Assembly: GCA_963848035.1 (NCBI GenBank)
Contig: CAWKCD010000001.1
Span: 1,931,908-1,995,907 of the forward strand
DNA from: an uncultured Alphaproteobacteria bacterium
Lineage (GTDB): Bacteria; Pseudomonadota; Alphaproteobacteria; Acetobacterales; Acetobacteraceae
Reading direction: 5' to 3'
Length of the DNA stretch: 64,000 nt
Both the position numbers and the translations under genes were made by a program. Positions 23,101-30,749 of this stretch are shown here, in pieces (positions within the stretch are counted from its first letter, which is position 1; the number at the start of each line of letters is the position of its first letter). The notes under the pieces are model-generated. The model was given only the letters and a program-made list of their open reading frames with translations. It made no database searches and was not told the DNA's origin.

Positions 23101-24071
23101 TGCACCGGGACGAGCGCATCCGTTCGCTGATGAACACGGTGCCAGTGCTGATCTGGTCGACGGATTCGAGCGGGGCTGGGGCGTATTTCAACAAGGTCTG
23201 GCTCGACTTCACCGGGCGGCGGCTGGAGGAGGAGACGGGGGAGGGGTGGCTGTCGAACCTGCACCCCGACGATGCGGCGGCGCGGCGGGAGCTGACGCTG
23301 CATCTGCGCGGGCGGGAGAAGCTGCGGATGGAATTCCGGCTGCGGCGGGCGGACGGGGTGTGGCGGTGGATGCTGTGCCGCGGGGTGGCGCGGGTCGATC
23401 CGAAGGGGGTGTTCGAGGGCTATGTCGGGTCGTGCACCGACACGACGGACGTGAAGGAAGCGCAGGCGCAGCGGCAGCGGGACCTCGACGAGAAGGCGGC
23501 CGTCATGCAGGAGCTGCACCACCGGGTGAAGAACAATGCGCAGGTGTTCGCGTCGCTGCTGAGCGTGCAGGCGAGCCGGGCGTCGGACCCGGCGGTGAAG
23601 TCGGCGCTGCGGGTGGCGTCGGCGCGGGCGTCGACGATGGCGTTTGCGCAACAACAGATATGGGACGCGGGATCGTCGGCGCAGTTCGATCTGGGTGCGC
23701 TGGTGCGGCGGCTGGTGCGGGCGCAGCAGGCGCGGGGGATCGAGGTCGAGGTGGATGCGCCGGACCAGCTGTTCGTTCCGCTGGCGACGGCGGTGCCGCT
23801 GGGGCTGATCGTCCATGAATTGCTGGCCAATGCGGTGTCGCACGCGTTTCCGGACGGGCGGCCGGGGCGGGTGATGCTGCGGCTGCAACGGGGCGACGGG
23901 CTGCTGGTGGCGGTGTCCGATGACGGGGTGGGGCTGCCGGCGGAAATGGCGGAGTGCCGGGGGCGGTCGGCGGGGCTGACGATCGTGCATAGCCTGGTGC
24001 GGCAGCTCGGCGCGGCGCTCGAGACGGTGGTGGACGGCGGGACGACGGTCACGGTGCGCCTGCCGAGCTAA
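23097..24071 (+). CDS. PAS-domain sensor histidine kinase, HisKA_2/HWE type
   Basis: ATG overlaps the regulator stop (ATGA). PAS fold (LIWSTD...YFNKVWLDFTG...WRWMLCRG), H-box ELHHRVKNN, N-box HELLANAVSHAF, G-box DDGVGLP. Confidence 0.85.
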   Translation: MMHRDERIRSLMNTVPVLIWSTDSSGAGAYFNKVWLDFTGRRLEEETGEGWLSNLHPDDAAARRELTLHLRGREKLRMEFRLRRADGVWRWMLCRGVARVDPKGVFEGYVGSCTDTTDVKEAQAQRQRDLDEKAAVMQELHHRVKNNAQVFASLLSVQASRASDPAVKSALRVASARASTMAFAQQQIWDAGSSAQFDLGALVRRLVRAQQARGIEVEVDAPDQLFVPLATAVPLGLIVHELLANAVSHAFPDGRPGRVMLRLQRGDGLLVAVSDDGVGLPAEMAECRGRSAGLTIVHSLVRQLGAALETVVDGGTTVTVRLPS

Positions 24072-24100
24072 GGGCTGGCGTGAGGCGGCTTCGGTGCTAT

Positions 24101-24118
24101 CGTCAACCCAAGTTGACA
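24101..24118. promoter_or_regulatory. PpsR/CrtJ-like palindrome (one half imperfect) in front of bchI
   Basis: CGTCAACCCAAGTTGACA = cGT-N12-ACA with perfect inner inverted repeat GTCAAC-N4-GTTGAC, 14 nt upstream of ATG 24132. Confidence 0.5.
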
Positions 24119-24131
24119 AGAGGCGCTGACG

Positions 24132-25148
24132 ATGCGCGACAATTTTCCGTTCTCGGCCATCGCTGGGCAGGAGGAGATGAAGCGGGCGTTGATGATCGCG
24201 GCCGTCGATCCGACGGTGGGCGGGGTGTTGGCGTTCGGGGATCGCGGGACAGGGAAATCGACCGCGGTGCGGGCGCTGGCCGGGTTGCTGCCGCCGATGC
24301 AGGCGGTCGAGGGATGCCGTTATCATTGCGACCCGGCATCGCCGTCGAGCCGGTGCGAGGAGTGCCGGGCGGCGGAACGGAGCGGGCAGGTTTCGATGGC
24401 GGTGCCGGTGGTGGACATGCCGCTGGGGGCGACGGAAGACCGGGTGGTCGGCGCGCTCGATCTGGAGCGGGCGCTGACGCGCGGCGAGAAGGCGTTCGAG
24501 CCGGGGCTGCTGGCGCGGGCCAATCGCGGATTCCTGTATATCGACGAGGTCAATCTGCTCGAGGACCATCTGGTCGACCTGCTGATCGACGTGGCGGCGT
24601 CGGGCGAGAACGTGGTGGAGCGGGAGGGGCTGAGCGTCCGGCATCCGGCGCGGTTCGTGCTGGTGGGGAGCGGTAACCCGGAGGAGGGGGAGCTGCGGCC
24701 GCAATTGCTGGACCGGTTCGGGTTGAGCGTGGAGGTGCGGACGCCGGAGGACATCGCGACGCGGATCCTGATCATCCGGCGGCGGGACGCGTTCGACCGT
24801 GATCCGACCGGATTCAGTGCGGAATGGCGGGCGGCGGAGACGCTGCAGCGGGACGCGATCGTTTCGGCGCGGAAGCTGCTGCCCTCGGTGGAGGTGCCGA
24901 ACGAGGTGCTGGAGGATGCGGCGAAGCTGTGCATGCGGCTGGGGACGGATGGGCTGCGCGGGGAGCTGACGCTGATGCGGGCGGCGCGGGCGCAGGCGGC
25001 GCTGTCGGGCGCCGCACGGGTCGACCGGACGCATGTGGTGACGATGGCGCCGTCGGCGTTGCGGCACCGGTTGCGGCGCGATCCGTTGGACGATGCGGTC
25101 TCGACGACGCGGGTGACGCGGGCGGTGGAAGAACTCTTCGCGGCATGA
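24132..25148 (+). CDS. bchI: magnesium chelatase ATPase subunit I
   Basis: Walker A GDRGTGKST, Walker B LYIDEVNLL, AAA+ sensor regions; followed by bchD. Confidence 0.95.
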   Translation: MRDNFPFSAIAGQEEMKRALMIAAVDPTVGGVLAFGDRGTGKSTAVRALAGLLPPMQAVEGCRYHCDPASPSSRCEECRAAERSGQVSMAVPVVDMPLGATEDRVVGALDLERALTRGEKAFEPGLLARANRGFLYIDEVNLLEDHLVDLLIDVAASGENVVEREGLSVRHPARFVLVGSGNPEEGELRPQLLDRFGLSVEVRTPEDIATRILIIRRRDAFDRDPTGFSAEWRAAETLQRDAIVSARKLLPSVEVPNEVLEDAAKLCMRLGTDGLRGELTLMRAARAQAALSGAARVDRTHVVTMAPSALRHRLRRDPLDDAVSTTRVTRAVEELFAA

Positions 25149-26788
25149 GCGCGGCGGCGCTGCTGGCGGTCGATCCGAGCGGGTTGGGCGGAGCAGTGCT
25201 GCGCGGGCCGCCGGGGGCGGCGCGGGACATGTGGCTGGATGGGTTGCGGTCGATGTTGCCGTCGGGGGCGCCGTTCCGTCGGGTGCCGCTGGGGATCAGC
25301 GAGGATCGATTGCTGGGCGGGCTGGACCTGGCGGCCACGCTGTCGGCTGGGCGGCCGTTGGCGATGCGGGGCGTGCTGGCGGAGGCGGATGGCGGGGTGA
25401 TCCTGCTGCCGTCGGCGGAGCGGCTTGATCCGGGGATCGCGGCGCGGATCGCGTCGGTGCTGGACCAAGGCTTGGTGGTAACGGAGCGGGAAGGATTGGC
25501 GTTCAGCGCCCGCTCGCGGATCGGGGTGGTGGCGTTCGACGAGCGGGAGACGGCGGACGAGGCGGTGCCGGCGGCGCTGACGGATCGGTTGGCGTTCCTG
25601 CTCGACCCGCGGGAGCTGGCTTCGGACGAGATGGTGGATGCTGCGGCGGCACGGACGTTGCTGCCGTCGGTCGAGGTCGGGGAGGAGATCGTCGGGGCGC
25701 TGTGCCGGGCGGCGGCGGCGTTGGGGATCGGGTCATTGCGGGCGGCGATGCTGGCGGTGCGGGCGGCGCGGGCTGCGGCGGCGCTGGCGGGGCATACCGC
25801 GGTCGATGCGGAGGATGCGGCGCTGGCGGCGCGGCTGGTGCTGGCGCCGCGGGCGACGGTGCGGCCGGCCGAGGAGGAGCAGGAGGAGCAAGAGCCGCCG
25901 CCGCCGGAGGATCAGGGCGAGCCGTCGCCGGGGAATGGCGAGATGGATGATCTCGTGCTGGCGGCCGCGGTGGCGGCGCTGCCGCCGGGTCTGCTGGCGA
26001 AGCTGGCTGCGGGAGATCGCCGGGCGTCGACCGCCGGGAAGGCGGGGGCGATCGGGAAGAGCGGCAAGCGCGGGCGGCCCGGCGGGGTGCGGGCGGGCGA
26101 TCCGCGCCGAGGCGAGCGGCTGGCGCTGCTGGACACAATGCGGGCGGCGGTGCCGTTCCAGCGGATACGGGGCGGGGCGGGGCGGCTCGAAGTGCGGGCG
26201 GAGGACATGCGCGTCGTCCGGCGGAAGCCGCGGTCGGAGACGACGACGATCTTCCTGGTGGATGCGTCCGGGTCGCAGGCGTTGGGACGGCTGGCGGAGG
26301 CGAAGGGCGCGGTGCAGTTGCTGCTGGCGGATTGCTACGTGCGGCGGGACCAGGTGGCGCTGATCGCGTTCCGGGGGCGGGCGGCGGAGCTGCTGCTGGC
26401 GCCGACACGGTCGTTGGTGCGGGCGAAGCGGAGCCTGGCGGGGCTGCCGGGCGGGGGCGGGACGCCGTTGGCGTCGGGCCTCGATGCGGGGGCGGAACTG
26501 GCGGACCAGGTGCGGCGGCGGGGCGGGACGCCGGCGCTGGTGGTGCTGACGGATGGCGCGGCCAATGTGGGACGCGACGGGATGGGCGGGCGCGCGGCGG
26601 CGGAGCGCGATGCGCAGGCCGCGGCCAAGCGGATCCGGGCGGCGGGGCATCGGGCGGTGCTGGTGGATAGTTCGGTGCGGCCGGTGCCGGCGGCGCAGCG
26701 CTTGGCGGCGGAATTGGGGGCTCGTTACGTGAAGCTGCCGTTTGCGGGGGCGGCGGCGATTTCGGAGGCGGTGCGGACGACGTCATGA
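25145..26788 (+). CDS. bchD: magnesium chelatase subunit D
   Basis: ATGA overlap with bchI. Degenerate AAA+ N-domain, acidic Pro-rich linker EEEQEEQEPPPPEDQGEP, vWA domain with MIDAS DASGS. Confidence 0.95.
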   Translation: MSAAALLAVDPSGLGGAVLRGPPGAARDMWLDGLRSMLPSGAPFRRVPLGISEDRLLGGLDLAATLSAGRPLAMRGVLAEADGGVILLPSAERLDPGIAARIASVLDQGLVVTEREGLAFSARSRIGVVAFDERETADEAVPAALTDRLAFLLDPRELASDEMVDAAAARTLLPSVEVGEEIVGALCRAAAALGIGSLRAAMLAVRAARAAAALAGHTAVDAEDAALAARLVLAPRATVRPAEEEQEEQEPPPPEDQGEPSPGNGEMDDLVLAAAVAALPPGLLAKLAAGDRRASTAGKAGAIGKSGKRGRPGGVRAGDPRRGERLALLDTMRAAVPFQRIRGGAGRLEVRAEDMRVVRRKPRSETTTIFLVDASGSQALGRLAEAKGAVQLLLADCYVRRDQVALIAFRGRAAELLLAPTRSLVRAKRSLAGLPGGGGTPLASGLDAGAELADQVRRRGGTPALVVLTDGAANVGRDGMGGRAAAERDAQAAAKRIRAAGHRAVLVDSSVRPVPAAQRLAAELGARYVKLPFAGAAAISEAVRTTS

Positions 26789-27651
26789 GCGGTCGGCGGC
26801 TGCGGGACTGGCCCAACCGGGAGGCGAGCCGGTTCGTGCGCGCGGGCGGGCTGCAATGGCATGTGCAGGTGGCGGGTGCCGGGCCGGTGCTGCTGCTGCT
26901 GCATGGGACAGGGGCGGCGACGCATTCGTGGCGGGGGCTGCTGCCGCTGTTGGCGCGGCAGTTCACGGTGGTGGCGCCGGATCTGCCGGGGCATGGCTTC
27001 ACCGAGGCGCCGGCGATGAGCCGGATGTCGCTGGCCGGGATGGCGCGGGCGTTGCAGACGTTGCTCTGGACGCTCGAGATGACGCCGGCCATGGCGGCGG
27101 GGCATTCGGCGGGGGCGCCGATCCTGGTGCGGATGATCCTGGATGGGCAGATCGCGCCGCAGGCGCTGGTGGGGCTGAACGGGGCGTTGTTGCCGTTGGG
27201 GGGCGCGGCGGGTCAGCTGTTCTCGCCGTTGGCGAAGCTGCTGGCCGGGCTGCCGGGGCTGCCGGACCTGTTCGCGTGGCGGGCGCGGGATGTGAAGGTG
27301 GTTCGACGGTTGATCGACGCGACGGGGTCGACAATCGATGACGAGGGGGTGGCGCTGTATCAGCGCGTCGTGACGCAGCGGGGGCATGCGGCGGCGGCGT
27401 TGGGGATGATGGCGCAATGGGACCTGCCCTCGCTGACGGGGGCGTTCGAGCGCGTCGAGACGCCGACGCTGCTGATCGCGGGGACGGGCGATCGGACGGT
27501 GCCGCCGGCGCAGTCGGAAGCGGTGGCGGGGATGCTGCCGCATGCCCGGTTCGTGGCGATGGCCGGGCTTGGGCACCTCTCGCACGAGGAGGATCCGGCG
27601 GGGACGGCGGCGCTGATCGAGGCGTTCGCGCGGGAAAACGGCGTGCTGTGA
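26785..27651 (+). CDS. bchO: alpha/beta hydrolase BchO (magnesium chelatase accessory protein)
   Basis: HGTGAATHSW, nucleophile elbow GHSAGA; position after bchD with an overlapping start. Confidence 0.85.
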   Translation: MSGRRLRDWPNREASRFVRAGGLQWHVQVAGAGPVLLLLHGTGAATHSWRGLLPLLARQFTVVAPDLPGHGFTEAPAMSRMSLAGMARALQTLLWTLEMTPAMAAGHSAGAPILVRMILDGQIAPQALVGLNGALLPLGGAAGQLFSPLAKLLAGLPGLPDLFAWRARDVKVVRRLIDATGSTIDDEGVALYQRVVTQRGHAAAALGMMAQWDLPSLTGAFERVETPTLLIAGTGDRTVPPAQSEAVAGMLPHARFVAMAGLGHLSHEEDPAGTAALIEAFARENGVL

Positions 27652-27899
27652 CCGGCTGGATTGACCTTATCCTTGCGCTGATGGGCGCGGAGGGGGCGGG
27701 CCTGCTCCTGTTCCGGCGGGTGACGGGGCGGGGGCCATCGGCGCGGGCGCTGCTGCCGAATCTGCTGGCGGGAGCGGCGTTGCTGTTGGCGATGCGGTTC
27801 GCGCTCGGGGGTGAGGCGCGGGCGCTGGTCGGGCTGGCGCTCCTGGCTGGGTTGGCGGCGCATTTGGCGGATTTGCGAGGGCGGTGGAAGGCGGGCTGA
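27648..27899 (+). CDS. 83-aa hydrophobic membrane protein, unknown function
   Basis: GTG 27648 overlaps the bchO stop (GTGA). Two to three predicted TM helices and high third-position GC like neighbouring genes. It is the tail of ORF 27417..27899. Confidence 0.45.
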   Translation: MTGWIDLILALMGAEGAGLLLFRRVTGRGPSARALLPNLLAGAALLLAMRFALGGEARALVGLALLAGLAAHLADLRGRWKAG

Positions 27900-27915
27900 T
27901 AGTCCTTCCCAGCAC

Positions 27916-27958
27916 TGTCCAGTTGTGTTTACACTCGTGTTGTATGAACGCGTTGACG
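27916..27958. promoter_or_regulatory. tandem PpsR/CrtJ-type operators at crtI
   Basis: TGTCCAGTTGTGTTTACA (perfect TGT-N12-ACA), then 7 bp, then TGTATGAACGCGTTGACG (TGT-N12-ACG) covering ATG 27944. Confidence 0.65.
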
Positions 27959-29467
27959 CCCGCTCCGCTTCGCACTGGCTTGGATAATCGGCCGCATGCC
28001 GTCGTCATCGGCAGCGGGTTCGGGGGGCTGGCTGCGGCGATCCGGCTGGGCGCGCGGGGATATCGGGTCACCGTGCTGGAGAAGCTGGCCGAGCCCGGAG
28101 GGCGGGCCTCGGTGTTCCGGCAGGACGGGTTCGTCTTCGATGCCGGGCCGACGATCGTCACGGCGCCGTTCCTGCTGGAAGAGCTGTGGGCCTTGTGCGG
28201 GCGGCGGCTCGATGAGGATATCGAGTTGCGGCCGATGGACCCGTTTTACCGGATTCGGTTCGATGACGGCTCGGCGTTCGACTATTCCGGCGATCCCGCG
28301 GCGATGCGGGCCGAGGTGGCGCGGTTCAGCCCCGGCGATGTCGGCGGCTACGACCGGTTCATGCGGGCGAGCGAGGAGATCTACCGGGTCGGGTTCGAGC
28401 AGCTCGGCGACGTGCCGTTCTCGTCGTGGACCGACATGGCGCGAGTGGCGCCGGATCTGGTGCGGCTGGGCGGGTGGCGCAGCGTGCATGCGATGGTGTC
28501 GCGGTTCATCAAGGACGAGAAGCTGCGGACGGTGTTCAGCTTCCATCCGCTGCTGGTGGGCGGCAATCCGTTCAGTGCGAGCGCGATCTATGCGCTGATC
28601 GCGTGGCTCGAGCGGCGGTGGGGCGTCTGGTTCGCGATGGGCGGGACTGGGCAGATCGTGCGTGGGATGGCCGGGCTGATCCGCGGACAGGGGAATGTCC
28701 TGCGCTGCAATGCGGAGGTCGCCGAGATCCTGGTCGAGCGGGGCGCTGCGGCGGGCGTGCGGCTGGCGGGTGGCGAGGTGGTGCGGGCCGACCTGGTCGT
28801 TTCGAACGCGGACGCTTCGTGGACGTATCGAAAGTTGATCGCGCCGGAGCATCGGCGGCATTGGACGGACCGGAAGATCGAGCGCGCGCGGCATTCGATG
28901 GGGTTGTTCGTCTGGTATTTCGGGACGAACCGGCGGTGGGAAGACGTGCCGCATCACACGATCCTGTTGGGGCCGCGCTATCGCGGGCTGCTGGACGACG
29001 TGTTCAAGCGGCAGAAACTGGCGGACGATTTCAGTCTGTATCTGCATCGGCCGACGGCGACGGACCCGAGTTTGGCACCGCCGGGGGGCGACGCGTTCTA
29101 TGTGCTGTCGCCGGTGCCGAACCTGCAGAGCGGGACGGACTGGGCGGCGCAGGCCGAACCGTACCGGCAGCGGATCGAGGCGGAGCTGGAGCGGACGATG
29201 CTGCCGGGGCTGCGCGGCTCGGTGGTGACGTCGCGGATGATGACGCCGCAGGATTTCCAGGATCGGCTGCTGTCGCATGCGGGGGCGGCGTTCGCGATGG
29301 AGCCGCTGTTGCGGCAGAGCGCGTGGTTTCGGCCGCATAATCGGAGTGAAGACGTGGACAATCTTTACTTGGTGGGTGCGGGGACGCATCCGGGCGCCGG
29401 GCTGCCGGGAGTGTTGTGTTCGGCGAAGGTGCTGGATCGGCTGATCCCGGCGGTGGCGCATGTCTGA
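27944..29467 (+). CDS. crtI: phytoene desaturase
   Basis: FAD motif VVIGSGFGGLAAA; C-terminal LYLVGAGTHPGAGLPGV; followed by crtB. Confidence 0.95.
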   Translation: MNALTPAPLRTGLDNRPHAVVIGSGFGGLAAAIRLGARGYRVTVLEKLAEPGGRASVFRQDGFVFDAGPTIVTAPFLLEELWALCGRRLDEDIELRPMDPFYRIRFDDGSAFDYSGDPAAMRAEVARFSPGDVGGYDRFMRASEEIYRVGFEQLGDVPFSSWTDMARVAPDLVRLGGWRSVHAMVSRFIKDEKLRTVFSFHPLLVGGNPFSASAIYALIAWLERRWGVWFAMGGTGQIVRGMAGLIRGQGNVLRCNAEVAEILVERGAAAGVRLAGGEVVRADLVVSNADASWTYRKLIAPEHRRHWTDRKIERARHSMGLFVWYFGTNRRWEDVPHHTILLGPRYRGLLDDVFKRQKLADDFSLYLHRPTATDPSLAPPGGDAFYVLSPVPNLQSGTDWAAQAEPYRQRIEAELERTMLPGLRGSVVTSRMMTPQDFQDRLLSHAGAAFAMEPLLRQSAWFRPHNRSEDVDNLYLVGAGTHPGAGLPGVLCSAKVLDRLIPAVAHV

Positions 29468-30464
29468 GATCGCGGACGATGATCTGGCGGCGTGCCGGGC
29501 GATGCTGAACGATGGGTCGCGGAGTTTCTATGCGGCGTCGTTGCTGTTGCCGGGCCGGGTGCGGCGGCCGGCGACGGGGTTGTATGCGTTCTGCCGGGTG
29601 GCGGACGATCTGATCGATCGGGGGGATCCGGCGGTCGCGCTGGCCGGGCTGCATCGGCGGCTGGATGCCGTCTACGCGGGGCGGCCGGAGGATTTCGCGG
29701 AGGATCGGGCGTTGGCGGCGGTGGTGCAGGCGCATCGGGTGCCGCGGCTGCTGCTGGATCGGTTGCTGGAGGGGTTCGCCTGGGACGCCGAGGGGCGGCG
29801 ATACGAGGATTTGGCGGCGCTAGAGCACTATGCGGCGCGGGTGGCGGGGACGGTCGGCGCCGTGATGGCGGTGCTGATGGGGGCGCGGACGCCGGACGCG
29901 CTGGCGCGGGCGTGTGACCTGGGCGTGGCGATGCAGTTGACGAACATCGCGCGGGATGTGGGCGAGGATGCTCGGGCGGGGCGGCTGTATTTGCCGCTGG
30001 CGTGGCTGCGGGCGGAGGGGATCGACCCGGATGGGTTCCTCGAGGCGCCGGTGATGTCGTCGGGTTTGGCGGCCGTGATCGAGCGGCTGCTTGAGGCGGC
30101 GGCGTTCCTGTATCGGCGGGCGGATAGCGGAATCGCGGCGTTGCCGCTGACGTGCCGGCCTGGGATCGGGGCGGCGCGGTTGCTGTATGCGGAGATCGGG
30201 CATCAGGTGGTGCGCAACGGGTTCGATTCGGTGACGTCGCGGGCGCGGGTGACGCGGTCGCGCAAGCTGGGGTTGGCGGTGGCGAGCCTGGCGGCAGCGG
30301 CGCGGGGGGCTGCGGCGGATGCGGCCCCGCCGCTGGCGGCGACGCGAGACCTGGTGATGGCGGCGGCGATGGCGCCGAGCCGGCGGCAGGGGATCGGTGA
30401 TCGGCTGGTCTGGACCCTGACGTTGTTCTCGGAGTTGGACGCGCGGCAAGCCGAGCGGATCTAA
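29460..30464 (+). CDS. crtB: phytoene synthase
   Basis: Asp-rich motifs YAFCRVADDLID and NIARDVGED; 8-nt overlap with crtI. Confidence 0.95.
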   Translation: MSEIADDDLAACRAMLNDGSRSFYAASLLLPGRVRRPATGLYAFCRVADDLIDRGDPAVALAGLHRRLDAVYAGRPEDFAEDRALAAVVQAHRVPRLLLDRLLEGFAWDAEGRRYEDLAALEHYAARVAGTVGAVMAVLMGARTPDALARACDLGVAMQLTNIARDVGEDARAGRLYLPLAWLRAEGIDPDGFLEAPVMSSGLAAVIERLLEAAAFLYRRADSGIAALPLTCRPGIGAARLLYAEIGHQVVRNGFDSVTSRARVTRSRKLGLAVASLAAAARGAAADAAPPLAATRDLVMAAAMAPSRRQGIGDRLVWTLTLFSELDARQAERI

Positions 30465-30465
30465 G

Positions 30466-30608
30466 GGGCCCGTTTGCGAATGCTACTAAGCCGGCCATCC
30501 AACGCGAATTTTCGCGCTTCCGATGCTCAGGATCTCAACCACCGCTGCGCTTCATGTCGCAAAAGCCCGCGCGGGCTAACTTCGCTTAGCGCATTCTCAA
30601 ACGGGCTC
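30466..30608. mobile_element. MITE-like / large palindromic element with 18-bp terminal inverted repeats flanked by TAAG direct repeats
   Basis: GGGCCCGTTTGCGAATGC (30466..30483) against the reverse complement of GCATTCTCAAACGGGCTC (30591..30608), 16/18 matches. TAAG at 30462..30465 and 30609..30612. Internal hairpins CGCGAA-TT-TTCGCG and AGCCCGCGCGGGCT. GC is lower than the surroundings. Confidence 0.4.
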
Positions 30609-30614
30609 TAAGCG

Positions 30615-30749
30615 GTGGGGCAGTGGGAGTGGATCATCATCCTGGTGATCGTGCTGGCGATCGGCGGGCGGGAGTGGCTGTCGATCCGGCGGGCGGTGCG
30701 GCAGGACCGGGCCGAGGAGAAGGCCCGGACGCAGGGCCCGCCGGATTAG
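30615..30749 (+). CDS. possible 44-aa single-TM micro-protein
   Basis: GTG 30615...TAG 30749 encodes VGQWEWIIILVIVLAIGGREWLSIRRAVRQDRAEEKARTQGPPD. Below the ORF-track size cutoff, with no homology evidence. Confidence 0.25.
   Translation: MGQWEWIIILVIVLAIGGREWLSIRRAVRQDRAEEKARTQGPPD

Noticed and set aside
22311-25067. Very long ORFs antisense to or out of frame with real genes. Examples: 22311..25067(-) 918 aa, 39964..41850(-) 628 aa, 55818..57842(-) 674 aa, 25503..27092(-) 529 aa, 27929..29461(-) 510 aa, 35524..36822(-) 432 aa.
   Set aside because: Their translations are Arg/Pro/His/Gly/Ala-rich low-complexity strings with no recognisable motifs. Each overlaps a gene with strong family signatures on the other strand or frame. 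Stop-poor shadow frames are expected at this GC content.
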